Origin: Styela clava
Lineage: Eukaryota
DNA: 64,000 nucleotides
NCBI RefSeq assembly: GCF_964204865.1
Contig: NC_135262.1
Coordinates: forward strand, 9,920,001-9,984,000
Direction: 5' to 3'
The notes beneath the pieces are model-generated. The model worked only from the letters and a program-made list of their open reading frames with translations. It searched no databases and was not told where the DNA came from. This document shows positions 51,359 through 64,000 of this stretch, piece by piece. The translations under genes and the position numbers were made by a program. How positions within the stretch are numbered: the stretch's first letter is position 1; every line of letters begins with the position of its first letter.

Positions 51359-53539
51359 TTATAGATTGGCGTTTTTCTTTAATGCTTCTTTGTAAGCAAC
51401 ACGCAGATTCTTCACTGGTTCGCCACACGTTTTTTCGTAGTAAGGGAGCTCTTGTATTTTCTTTGTCCACGAGACGACATTTGGATATTCTTTCCATTCA
51501 TTGAAATCAGTCAGTGACAAAAGATGGACTGCCACATAGTAGAATATATCTGAAGTTGTGTTAGAACAAAACAAATCTATGTTAAAGTGCGTAAGAAGTA
51601 GGAAAGTTCTAAATATGTTTTTGACATCTTCCACAATTGTATTATATCCAGTAAATTAAAGCAAATTAAATATAGATATATATTTCAGTTTTGTTTTTCA
51701 AACATATTAATAATCGGTTGGTCACAGTTTTTTGAATAGAAATTATTGGAAATATATTTTTTATAGCTGGAAAAGCCAATATTGCATGTTACTTATGTGG
51801 TTCATATGTACAAACTTAGTTTATGTGTCTTGCTAATTTACATTAACTTACCTGCCAATGAAAAATGATCAGTTGCTGTGTAAGTATGCTTTTCTAGTAA
51901 CTTCTCCACTATTCGTAGTGCTGATTTTGCATTGCTAGTTTTTTCAGGTCTAATTAAATCATTCGACAACAAAACGCCTCCAACATTCTGTGAAAAAATA
52001 CTTAATACTTATCTTCTTTGTATATAACGGTTTTTTCTTAACAGTCTAACGATTTTTTCGTATTCATATTTTCCATTGATTTTACTTCATAGGATGATTT
52101 TACTAGGTTATCAGTCCTCCAGCTTTTTAAGCAAATCTGGGTCAAAGCAATACCAACTCGCTATTTGTCGATAGAATACGCTTTATAAAATTGAGAAATT
52201 TTTAGGAAACATTTGAAGTTTTGTAATTTATTTAGGAATTTGATAGTAGACAGGGTGTACAGGGTGACCCCCAAAAAACGGAACCCATAAATTTCCTAAT
52301 TATGTTAGTTAATAATTTTTTTTACCCTTGAACTTTTGTTTGTGCATAATTGTACCAGGAATCCAGTACGCTTTGCACAAAAATTATGTCACCGACGCCG
52401 AGGAGGTTATTTGAAACATTATGGTGAGAACATAACTTTTGTGTTGAGCGTCCTAGACTACTGAAACGTTGTGGTATAATCATACACAGACAGAATGTTT
52501 AAAGGTAAACTATAAATTTGCTCGATTTTTGTAGAAGTAATTAACAAATTCATGGGTCCTCTAATAATAATTAGGTCACTCTATAAGTGAATATCATTAG
52601 GCAAAAATTTGTTTACGTACAACGTGGCCCATGATTTCATCAAATACATGTTCTCCCACGTAAAGGTGCTGATCAATAACGGCTCTTTCTCTGAGGTCTG
52701 GTGGATAGAGTTGTTGCTTCTGAGTTTCCGACCCATACTGATTGATGAGATAGGTTGCTATTGCTCGACTGGAATAGTGTTGGGAAGGTGGTTATAAAGA
52801 TTTGTCGACAAAGTATCAAAATGGTGATTTTTAGGGGAAAAAAATTGATTTCAAATTTGGCCTCTGGGAAAAGATTTAAAACAAAAACAATAAGATAACA
52901 AGTCCCCCTAAAATTTTTATATACCTCAAGACAAAAATGTGACAATCAGCAGATAAATTGACGCCAAACACTGGTCACGAATTCTCAACTAACTCGATGA
53001 ATAAAAAAGATACTTTGGAAATATATAAACTGATGTCATCATGGTTTTGGACTTGAAAAAAAATTCTGCTAGTTTAAAAAAGACTAAAATTTGGACCTAG
53101 TTTACCTAAACAATCCTTTCACATTTTATTTGATTGAGTTGATGTCTCATTATTCAGTTTTTCAACCAATAGACTGAACCGCAAGTTTTAGTTTTGAGTC
53201 TACCACGCTTTAATTTTCGCGATTTTTTAGTGATTAAAATTAGAATAAAATATTTTTTTCAATCACCTATGCCAATTGCACAATGTAATTTTTCTCGAAC
53301 TCGTGTCAGGTCGAGGAAGGAATCAGTACTTACCTTTCAGCTAAGCGTAAACCGTTATCTTCTATTGCAGGTACTTTTTGTCGGGGATTTATTTCTGCAT
53401 ACCAATTTGTTTTGTGATCTTTATTAATTAAATTGACGTATCGTTCTTCGTACTTCACTCCCAAAAGTTCCAGCACCATCCAAATAGCGCGAGATGGCGC
53501 GCTTACATCCATGTAATAGAATACGATTGGTGACGTCAT
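51359..53539 (-). CDS. Glutathione S-transferase, theta/delta-like (GST-A), 4 exons
   Basis: Exons 53539-53334, 52768-52621, 51987-51852, 51549-51359; SAPSR, INPRQKVP, LAESRAIATYL, FSLADI motifs. Confidence 0.92.
52260..52583. mobile_element. Tc1/mariner-type MITE in a GST-A intron
   Basis: TA-CAGGGTGACC ... GGTCACTCTA-TA. Confidence 0.5.
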
Positions 53540-55210
53540 TGTTTTGATATTTTAAGGAAATAATTCTAGGTTTCAAAAACTAAAAGGGAAAAAATTATGT
53601 CAGTTTGCACCGAGAATTAAATTTAATTTTCACATCCTATTCAATATAGTTCAAATTTTAATTATATTGTAATTTTTTGTCTTGTCGTGCAAAACAATGT
53701 GTAGATTTAAATACTTCCGAAGCTAACGACTGCAAGTTATTATATTTCTCATGGGCATTAGGTTCACTATTCGCACAACAATCTCCAAATACCAGTCAGG
53801 ATCAAAAAAATGTGTTTGTTTCTAATTAATAGAATATTTAAAATCTTTGACAAAGCGTTTGGTAAGCAAAATTTATTATTTAGAAACATGCTATGAACAA
53901 ATTTATTGCTTACTTGATTCAAACTGAAGACTCAACTAGAATATATCAATCTATCGACAATGTAACAACACTGCTTTGTCCTCTAATGTTTTAGCTCTGT
54001 AGAATATTGCCCACAAACCTATATATATATATTTTATGAAAGGAAATTAATGGAAGTTTTTTGTATTAGATATAAGATGGTTAAAAACATCTAAGCATGA
54101 TTTGGCTAAAATTATTGCCCTGAAGCGTAACACAAATGCGCTTGAAATGATCTCAAGACGTAAAACAATCACGCATATGAAGTCATATTTTAGTTTTAGA
54201 TTAGTCAAATCATGATGTAGCATCAAAAATATTGTTGCTTCGAATCAATCAATATTAATTATTTTTTGCAATATCAGTATACCATGAAATCGTACTTATA
54301 ATTCACGTGCCAAAAATGAAATAGAAACGTATACTGGGATAAAATTATGTCATTGGTTGAGCTTTTGGCAATCGTTTATGATCAATAAAAACGAATTGCA
54401 AAACCCATATTGAATGAAAATAATCTCACGCAAAAATGCTAAATTTCAACATTGCCAAACACTCATTTTTAGAGATTTTCAGAGACTCATGCCAGAAGAG
54501 ATACTTCCGTCCTTTTTGAAGTCAAAGTAGACCTCTTTTAAATTATGGTTATATAAGGATGAATAAAAAAAGAAATCGGTGCGTTTTATTTTGTTGGCCA
54601 CCCTGTACGAGTAATTAAGTTAGATTATGTCATTATTACGATGATACTGAAAGTGCATTGGATGCCGCCAAGTCACGTTCGGCATCTTTTGCCAAAATCT
54701 TCAGCCGGATGTCGTATTACCAACTGTATGATTCAGCAACAGCTCGTTCAACACAAAAAATAACATATAAGCAAATTAGTTTAAATAAAAATAATAGCTA
54801 CAACTTAGTAAAAACTGTTGTATGGGTGTGTTTTCTGTTTTGCAATAATTCACAAAAAGAAATGGTAATATTAATAGCGTCATTGAACTATTAACGGCAT
54901 TATTAACTAACTAAAAACCAACTTTACGAATTGGGTCGTCTGACTGTTGCAGAAGTGCGTTTCCTTGTTTATATCCTCATGTCACAAAAAATACTTGATG
55001 TGAAGACAAAATTGCGGCATTGGATGGCTTTTAACTTGTCGCATCGCATGGATCACATCACTGGACTGGTATTCTGGTTCTGGGACTGAGAGTTACCTTC
55101 AACAGTCATCACACGTGCACAAGTTATCGCAATAATTAAGATTCCAAGTATAATTTAGAATAATCAATTTGATTTTAAACAAGAAAGATACGCTCAAATA
55201 TATGGACACG

Positions 55211-55227
55211 TAGCGCCACCTATTGGC
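55211..55227 (-). promoter_or_regulatory. CTCF-like motif between divergent GST genes
   Basis: GCCAATAGGTGGCGCTA resembles the CTCF consensus CCASYAGRKGGCRS. Confidence 0.4.
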
Positions 55228-57370
55228 AAATTCGAATGACGTCACACAGAACGTTGAAAAACACTGTCCACTATAATAATAATGAATTGACTACGCAACT
55301 GTCGTTTCGATGTAAAACCATTGTCAAATAAATATAAATTGCGTTGGCTGATGCTTTCATTGTTCAAATCGGGCATAGCACATAAATAAAGCTACTGAAT
55401 AGCTGTATAGGCAATGTTTACATCTTGTTAGATAATCATGTTGTACGTCATACTTATACCTAAATATAGTAGATACCCAATACTTGAAATAAGTCGTGTA
55501 AACGAAATGAAATACATATTTCGGCCATAAAACCTTGTGAGTAAATATGAAGTCTGGACAACAGTTATTTTGTGCAGCAACCGGGAAACAGACCGTGCCG
55601 TATCAAGTACCAAGCACATTTGTATTAGTTTAGATGTGATGTATGTAATTGTTATGAATAGTTTTTTTAAGCAATTGTCCTATTTGGAAATAATTAGTTC
55701 AATTTGGCATGTTTCAAAATGAGACAGGAATGAATAGATACAATAAGACCTTAACATAATCAGGAGAATCAATGTGCAATTATGATTCATCAATATCGAA
55801 TCGTCTTGAAAGACTAAATATTTTTCAGAACAAATTGGAACAACAAAACGCCCACCTTAATAACCTAAATCGTACGGGTTTTGCAATTCCGCCAAAATAA
55901 AGCATTGAAATCATTGAAATATTTGTGTCAAGCAAGAGTTATATGTTCTGTTTACAAACGTTTTCGCGTTCATTCGCTTTCGACAATGATTCAGCGAAAC
56001 CGATACGTTACGAATTAATTGTTGCGACTTGAATAGCAAGTTATTTTATTTATTTTATTACGGAGGATAAGCATTCATGCGGAAAATATTCAGCGTATCG
56101 TATAGACCGGTAGATTCCACAGAGAATACCTTCGAGTTCAATTCAGATTAAAGACTAGTTTTAAGTATGCAGTCCGACATATATGCTGGTACAGCGTTGT
56201 ATATCAAGGATGACAAAATATAAGCGTAGTGTTATACCTCAAACGTAGCAAACGTACATAACACTATGATGTAAAAAAGGCAATCGAAATTTTCAGACAG
56301 GTGAGTTTCCTGTTTGATCAAGATTTGATTGAAAAGTATTTTGCTTATAAGACTGTGAGAGATCGATCAGCGTTTGCTTCATACATAAGATTGCAAAGCA
56401 TCTTTATAAGCATGCAGAGTAGAAAATTAATTGCTGTAGGAACATGTCTTAATATTAAGATACTTGTGTACGTACCATAAGCTATGGTAACCTTTGCCCA
56501 GAATCAATTATACATTTAAATTACGACGTCGCTGTGAATTCTTCCTTTTTCCGGCTGTTTCGTAGAAAACAACTTACGTTTATTTTTGTGGAATCGAAAT
56601 CAGTATGCTATCCAAATAAATAACTCTTCTAATTCCTCGTGCTTTAAGATGCAATGTAGTTCTTCACTTAGCAGATATAAGTTAAGCATTTTTAAAAATG
56701 TTTAATTGTTTTATACAAAAATATGATTTATACTAATGGTGGAATGAAAAAAATTGCTTAAACTGCATCGCATCGTAACGATCAGTTCATTAAATGAATT
56801 GAGAATTGATCACGACAATATTGTATACGAGAATTCGTGGTGCGCGGAAATTGGGTCTAGCACTTGTTATGGCATCACTATGTACACACGTCGTATATCG
56901 GCGGTGTCTATATGGTATAAATTGATTTCAATGTCTATCAAGAAGTTGCAGTGCAGTACTACAGTAGTTGGTCACTAAAAGGTCGGTCTCGTTGTTTTGA
57001 AAGTTATAAAGCAAAAAACATTACTGAATGACAATACATATTTGCAGGTGTACATATGAAGAATAGCAAAGTAATGCACAGGCATAACAAAATCGTGGGG
57101 AGATGAAAGCCGATTATCTTTCTTTAGTACACATTTGTATGAAGACGATATTTGAGTCTTAACGGCGAAGCCTAATTTTAATGTGACCAACTACAAATAT
57201 TTAAAAAACATCATATATATATATTATTAGACTTTAATTGTAATTTTGATCTTCCAGTTTCGCTAACGCCGCCGAACAATAAGACACGTCATCGTTAACA
57301 TCGTTCTTATTTCCTTATTATATGTTATCTATTATATATTCAGCTTTGTATTTATAATTACAAATTACCG

Positions 57371-58932
57371 ATGATGTCGGATCTTCATTTTTACTACATG
57401 GATGCAAGTGCACCGTCTCGCGGTGCCTGGACTGTGATAGAATTGTTGGGATTGAAATACACCGAACATATTATTAATTTAATAAAAGAAGAACACAAAA
57501 CTGAGTCTTACGCAAAAATCAATCCCAGACAAAAAGTTCCGGCTCTGGTTGATGGAGATCTCCACCTATCTGAGAGGTGAAATATTCTTTAAAAATGAAA
57601 TTCAAACACAAATATAATCACAAATTTTATATATTTAAACGAATTTTACATTTTCAGTCGAGCGCTTGCTACCTATCTGGTGAGTAAATACGGAACGCAA
57701 TGTGGAAAACAACAACTCTATTCAATCGATGTCAAGCAGAGAGCATTGGTTGACAAACATCTTTACATAAGCGTGGATGTAATGGATATTGTCCAGAGTT
57801 ATGTGGTGAGATACAGTTTGGGTCGAGAATCGAGATATTTAATTACTTAGTAATCTTACTCACTTAGTAATCAAATATTAATTGTGCTCTGTATAAGATT
57901 TCTTTATACAACAGAGACCTAAATCAAAGATGATTAAAGTAAAAGATAATTTTAGCTGTACACCACGCTTCTTAAAACTGTTGAAGTTAAATATGATTCA
58001 TGTGCTATGCTTAATTCTACATTGTTTTTATTTTGTAATTTATTGTTTTGTTGTACAAGTGTACAAATATTAAATAATAATTTCAACAAATAACATGTGA
58101 TATATGTTTTCATTTAGTAAAGTAATATCGCAACTTTTGACTTGTTCGTATCAAACCCAAAAATTGTTAGCTCTCGTCATCTAATACGTTTGTACACACA
58201 AAAGAATTATGATGTGCTCGTATATGGGGTCTGCTATGGGTGTAACCGTTTTACTGTTATTTTATTCAACTACATTTTTCCAAACAAGATACACTGATCG
58301 TTTCAGAATGTCGCTGGGGTTGTGCTGTTTGGAGGACAAATGCATCCAGAAAACTTGGGTGAGGTTGAAAAAGTTTTTGCCATGGTTGAATCATTTTTGG
58401 CTGGAGTAACCTTCGTGGCAGCAGATCATTTAACATTGGCGGGTGAGTTATCCAAATGATACAAATTTTATAGATTTATTCTGTTTCATGCATTAATTTC
58501 TCGTAATTTAATTAAGTTCAGGCCCTTCCCATACCATGTCGCCTTCTATCTCAATTGTAAAGATTGAGCCATTGTTTTTGAACCAGAATATTAAATATAT
58601 AAAATTCGATGAACACAAAAAATAACATCGCCTGTCTAATCTATACGATCGGATATTATTTAGTCATATAAGCAACGTTCACGTAAGGTATTCACAACAT
58701 ATCTATCATGTAGCTTCAATTGGTTTATTTTTAAGATATTTTCTACTACGTTCCAATCCAATTGTTAACTTTGACTGAATTCGACGGCTGGCAAAATTAT
58801 CCAAACATCATGGAGTGGAGAAAAAAAGTAGAAGCGATTCCGTGCTATGATAAAACATTGGGCTCCCCTGTTGCGAATTTACGAGTTGTATATCAGAAGG
58901 CTCTGGAAGAAAACCCAAAGAAGAAACAATAG
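57371..58932 (+). CDS. Glutathione S-transferase, theta/delta-like (GST-B), 4 exons
   Basis: Exons 57371-57576, 57658-57805, 58307-58442, 58736-58932; same intron positions and phases as GST-A; SAPSR, INPRQKVP, LSESRALATYL, LTLADI. Confidence 0.92.
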
Positions 58933-58987
58933 TTAGAACAAACAAATATATAGTATATCATTTATTTGAGAAGAATATCCTTTAAAT

Positions 58988-60223
58988 CAGGGGTCACCAA
59001 ACTTTTTTGACCGCGGGCCGGGTATGACTCAAACTGTGTTGAAACGGGCCGGATGAATATTTTTGTTAATGCAATACAATAAATTCACAAAAGTTGGGAA
59101 ATTTATTCAACAATATATATTCTACATTTCTGAAGACTTGAAATTTAAATTCTATCTATATCACAGAATATATGTCGAAAACATCCTAGGAAAACAAATA
59201 TACAAGATTTCTATATCTAGACAACTATTCTGAGTTTAGCTGTTATTGAAACGTTGCTGTCATGAATTAGGAATATTACAAAATCCGCTTTTTCGCGCCA
59301 AAATATGTACGCATCACGTCTGCTAAGTACCGTTACGCCGTGTTGGAATACCGCTCATAATAACGACTGCGGACTGCCTGCTGTAGCTTAGAATTCCATG
59401 AAATTTTGACCTAATTTAGATAAAATAAATAACTATTATCTGGTATTTGATATTTTTTATTAGCGCATAAATTTCCCAACATTCGACGCATTCAAAAATT
59501 ACGCTCCGGTTATACGTAGTGCAAATTTATGATATTGTCTATAGACATCAATTAAATTCATTTGAACGTGTGTATTTCTTTCCTAACTTGATACTTAGCA
59601 ATTTTTATGAAGTTTTCACAATCAGAACATCGTTAATTATTACCCACAATGAACCACTGTCAAACTATCATGCAAGACTCCAGCGTTTATTTGCGACGAT
59701 CTTTCGGCGGTGTCAATGACCGTTGCCATAATAAAATTCCGAAATAGTCTCAATATTCCATAGATGTGACGAACATCGAAAGATTAGTGATTGATATGTG
59801 TTCTTTTTTCATATTTATTACAGTTCTTAGTAAAAAAGTAATACAATCCTTATGGGAAAAATTGGCCTGTCGGGCGGTACCAAACTTACAACTCCTGAGG
59901 AGGCAAATGATGATTGACTTATTTGATTCATACTTAAATTTCCGAAACACAACCAAAAACTAACGAATAGCATTCAAAGTCGCAAGAACGAAGTATTGTT
60001 TACAACCACGACTGCAAATCTGTCAGGGTGACAAAAGTGTCTGAGCGGATGCGAAAAGGCCTATTAATACGTTACTTATTTGCATCTTGCTGATTGGCGA
60101 ATGTTACGAAATAAACAAGAAAAGACGATGCTCGGGAAAATTTCCCTTGGAACAAAATTGTGCCATTTTTGCGTGTTATTGCGGGCCGGATCCGGCCCGC
60201 GGGCCGTAGTTTGGTGACCCCTG
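58988..60223. mobile_element. Non-autonomous hAT element, copy 2 of the 49477-50946 family (internal deletion)
   Basis: Same TIRs and collinear internal sequence; TSD CTTTAAAT/CTTCAAAT. Confidence 0.92.
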
Positions 60224-61815
60224 CTTCAAATTAAAAATAACGCCAAATTTCTATCCGTGATTCAAGTGTATTTCGTGCAGCATTTTTTTTCGTTTCAAAA
60301 CACTTTTATCTTAATAATGTTTTTACTAGTGCGACCATGACATTGTTGACATTCTGTGTAATAATAATTTCGATAACTGAGGAATGTTTGAAATAGTGTG
60401 GACCAAGTGAATATACCCCTTACCCACAGGCTTCCGTCCCTTTACACAACTAAATAAACAGCAAATAAACAGTATAAATAGTTGACTTACAAAATTTGAG
60501 TAATTAAGACAATTTTGAAGGTATTTTTATCTTGTGGTTGTCATGGAAGCAATGTGTTTTAGAGCAGGTTCGGTTTAAAATGAAGAAACATATTTAGTTC
60601 AATTAAAGAAAGATTGAAAGTCGCGTCCGCGGAAATTGTTTCATGCATGTTAATGACATGAATGTATATTAATGGATTTTCACGCGAAGACAAGAAGAAA
60701 AGCAATTAAGCGCAGTATTAATAGCGTGCAGTAGTTTATTGATTAATTATTAGAACTTGCAAATTGGTTGCGGAACGCGCGCTTCTCAGATACCGCGGTC
60801 TATAAAAAAACAGTGTCGTGTTAGGTTGACTGTACATAAGGCTGTGGTTGAAGTTATCGTTGTTGTGAAGTAGATTTAGTTATTAAACATATACTATGAT
60901 AGAGCCTTAGTAGGTGTGTTTATTTTTTATTGATTCAAGCCTTCTTTCCCATAATCCTACGACAATTATAATTTCGAAAACATTGCGGATTTTCTCAACT
61001 GGATATCCAAACACGTGTCGTACGTACGCACTGCTATCTTACATAACTCTAGAATATATGTTCTAACATGCTTTCAATTTTAAGCCCAGTAGAAGTATAT
61101 TCAATCAATATTAGGATAGAGTTTAGCGTTCTTCTGTACATTAATTCATTTTATCAGTTTGTAACATATGTTAATATTTTTCAATTCTCGACTCTCGAGT
61201 ATGCTTGGCCTCTACTTTTCACGAGTTAATTTGTTGTACGTCTTCGTGCGTTTTTGCCTTGAGGGTTTAAATGCGAGTAAATCCGAATATTATGATCATA
61301 TAGGAGAAAGATAATAAAAATTGCAGTACGCCGAAATAATATTAATTATTTTTTACGGTGTTCAAAGCGTTCAATAAAAACAAAACATTTTCATCAAGAA
61401 TGTGTATGTTATTTTACTATGGCGCTTCAAGAGGATTCTGCTTCAAAAATGATTTCTCAAGTGGTATTCGTTTCCTGTCTGCTGTCGATAGTTGAACATA
61501 ACGCTGTATGGTATGCATGGATGCGTGCATTCGTGCAAAGTACCATTTGGCGGAGCCAAGCAACGGTACTATAAGGACAATAGTAGGACAAATTTCCTGG
61601 TACAGTTGCGCTGTTAGTAATATTTAGATGAAAACGCTATTAGAGTTACTAATATTAGTATAGTCGTCGTAAATCCTTCCAATGCTGAGTATTATTTATT
61701 GGAAACTATCGAATCTATTGTTCAAATTGTAGCAAAAAAATACTGAATAGCTATATGCATTTGAATGTGTGCAGTAAATATATTTAGTTTCTTAGTTACA
61801 TAATCAACAACTAGC

Positions 61816-62382
61816 ATGTCCGATCTACATTTTTACTATATGGATAAAAGTTCCACATCACGCGGCGTTTGGACCGTGTTGGAATTGCTTGAATTGAAAT
61901 ACACAGAACATTACATTGACTTAATAAAAGGGGAGCATAAGACGGAATCTTATGCAAAAATCAATCCGAGACAACTGGTTCCAGCACTGATTGACGGAGA
62001 ACTTCACTTATCTGAGAGGTAAAATTACTTCTTTAGCTAGATGTTAAAATACAGTTCAAAGCCAAGTGTAAAAAACGAAACAATACTACGTGACTATAAG
62101 TGACCCCAATGATTTAGCACAAAGATTTTGTTGCGAATATTGAAAGAAGAAACCATATAGTTAGGAATAAAATCTCGTATATATTATAATATTTTACGGA
62201 CATTAGTAAATGCAAAAAATCTTCACTTTTTTAGTCGAGTTATTGCAACTTATCTTGTGAGTAAATACGGAACACAATGTGGACAACAACAACTTTATCC
62301 AACAGACGTGGAAAAAAGAGCATTGGTTGACAAACATCTTTATATTGGGCTAGATGTATCAGATGCGATCGGTGCCTTTGTG
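61816..62382 (+). CDS. Glutathione S-transferase, theta/delta-like (GST-C), exons 1-2 only; rest not found in window
   Basis: Exons 61816-62018 and 62235-62382, closely similar to GST-B; no exon 3 recognised before 64000. Confidence 0.85.
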
Positions 62383-62462
62383 GTGAGAAACATTTCGATT
62401 TCACGATATATACCGGTAATTTACGATTTCCAACACGATTGTAACTGTTTATATCTATAGAA

Positions 62463-62638
62463 CAGGGGGGTCCAAACCAATGCCCGCGAGCCACATGTGG
62501 CCCGCCGCTTCATCATCAGTGGCCCGCGTCGCATTTGCGAGAGGGTGAAAAAAAATATGGCATTTGATGTTGTTTCGTCATTATAAAATAGCCAGAAAAA
62601 TTGTGCGATCCCGAATCTGTCAACCTTGGACCACCCTG
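62463..62638. mobile_element. hAT MITE in GST-C intron 2
   Basis: Ends CAGGGGGGTCCAA / TTGGACCACCCTG; GGCCCGC repeats; partial TSD (..TAGAA). Confidence 0.7.
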
Positions 62639-64000
62639 GTCTAGAACCTTGTCGCAATATTGGTATTGATTACAGGGATGGCTATGAATCGACAAGTGAG
62701 CCATCCCAACAGGGATGGCGCACTTTATTCTTAACACTACAACAATATACCCGTTGATTGATATGCCACGCTCTATACTCACAATGCGATATTTTCAATG
62801 TGTTATATACTATTCTTGCCACCTAAACGTTAGAGATGTACATTGACCCTAATGCAATATATCGTCTTTAACGGATTATCTCATTTAAAAAAAAGTGTTA
62901 GGACACGGCAACAGTTTAATATTTTGCTTTGATGCACATACACCTCAGTGCTGTTAACATACTCACAGTTTTGTAACTCAAGTTCAAACAAGTTCGTTTT
63001 TCTAACCAGTTGAAATCAATCGTGCACTAACAAGAGAGATATGCCCAATTATATGGACATCGGGTTGCGCATAGGCGCCGATACGGTAACGCATGAAAAC
63101 ACCGGGTTTGCTGAAAATATCAGAGGGCGGTATACTTGCGAAAAGGGCAATTGTTTTCAAACCATAACAATCACTCCAACAGCAAGAATGAGAACAACAA
63201 AAATTTATCAAAGCATACATATATGTACACTTCTTGGTCAATTACGAGTAAAAAAATGATTACGTAGTTTCACTGAAAGCGAATGCCACTGGAGACAATA
63301 TCTGGTAATTTCGAAGCGACACCCAAGGCCTTGATATTTATTTGCATGGTATACTATCGGGAATTACAGTTTCGTAAAACTGTTATTGGCTGCGAAGTGT
63401 ACATATGAATCGATTTGTAAGCTATATATGAATTGATGGTGGGAAACACTAGATACTTGAAGCAAATGGAGTTACTTGAAACAATTTACAGTGTATGAGC
63501 AGCGACATTCTTTCATATTAACAGCTATCATATTAAGTACACCTCTATAATAAGTACATTACTTGCGTGCGCACCGCCCAATACTTATATATATATAGTT
63601 GAATATCCCTATTTTATGCATCCCAAAACTTTTGCGGAATTTTTTTTCTATTATGATCAAAGTTAGAAAAATGGTTGAAACGAAAAAAGCAATACCGAAG
63701 GATGGCCATGAAAACCTAAAATTTGTTGAAGTATAGACTACAGTAAATAGTTGATGCTGTTCCCTCATTACAAGCAAAAGACTAAGAATTTGGTACAAAT
63801 AAAAGAAGAAATAATCTGAAATTTAATGAATGAATAGCTCACAGAAGATGATTTCATCTGTACGATAGTAAACAGAAATCACACTGTAACGCGGTGTGCT
63901 TGTACTGTAGATTCGTCCGTCGAACACGGATTGCATATCAGAATACAACGTTTTAAAGGCGGAATAGAAGCAGGACATACTGCGCCAATCGCTAGCCCTT

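Noticed and set aside
63041-63259. 72-aa ORF in GST-C intron region
   Set aside because: No similarity to GST exon 3 and no recognisable domain.
1-64000. CRISPR arrays, rRNA or prokaryotic defence operons
   Set aside because: Sequence is eukaryotic with spliceosomal introns; no repeat-spacer arrays or rRNA-like sequence seen.

Overview
AT-rich, intron-containing eukaryotic (animal) DNA. The short introns, compact genes, intronless non-rhodopsin 7TM family and MITE repertoire suggest an ascidian/tunicate (inference). Manual splice reconstruction supports 10 protein-coding genes: (1) a secreted protein with two defensin-like Cys modules and an M15/LAS Zn-peptidase domain, a probable peptidoglycan hydrolase with a Rel/NF-kB site at its promoter; (2) intronless ABCD3/PMP70; (3) a 7-exon arylsulfatase; (4) a 6-exon lipocalin; (5,6) two paralogous intronless 7TM receptors; (7) an 11-exon IRE1-like kinase fused to Kelch repeats, with two RHIM/beta-solenoid-like N-terminal repeats; (8-10) three theta/delta-like GSTs. 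Intergenic DNA is dense in non-autonomous hAT elements with 8-bp TSDs, including two nested stacks. It also holds DINE-1/HINE-like repeats, a tRNA-SINE and a Penelope-like inverted repeat carrying a minimal hammerhead ribozyme. No CRISPR, rRNA or true tRNA was seen. Exon coordinates were read by eye and need RNA confirmation.
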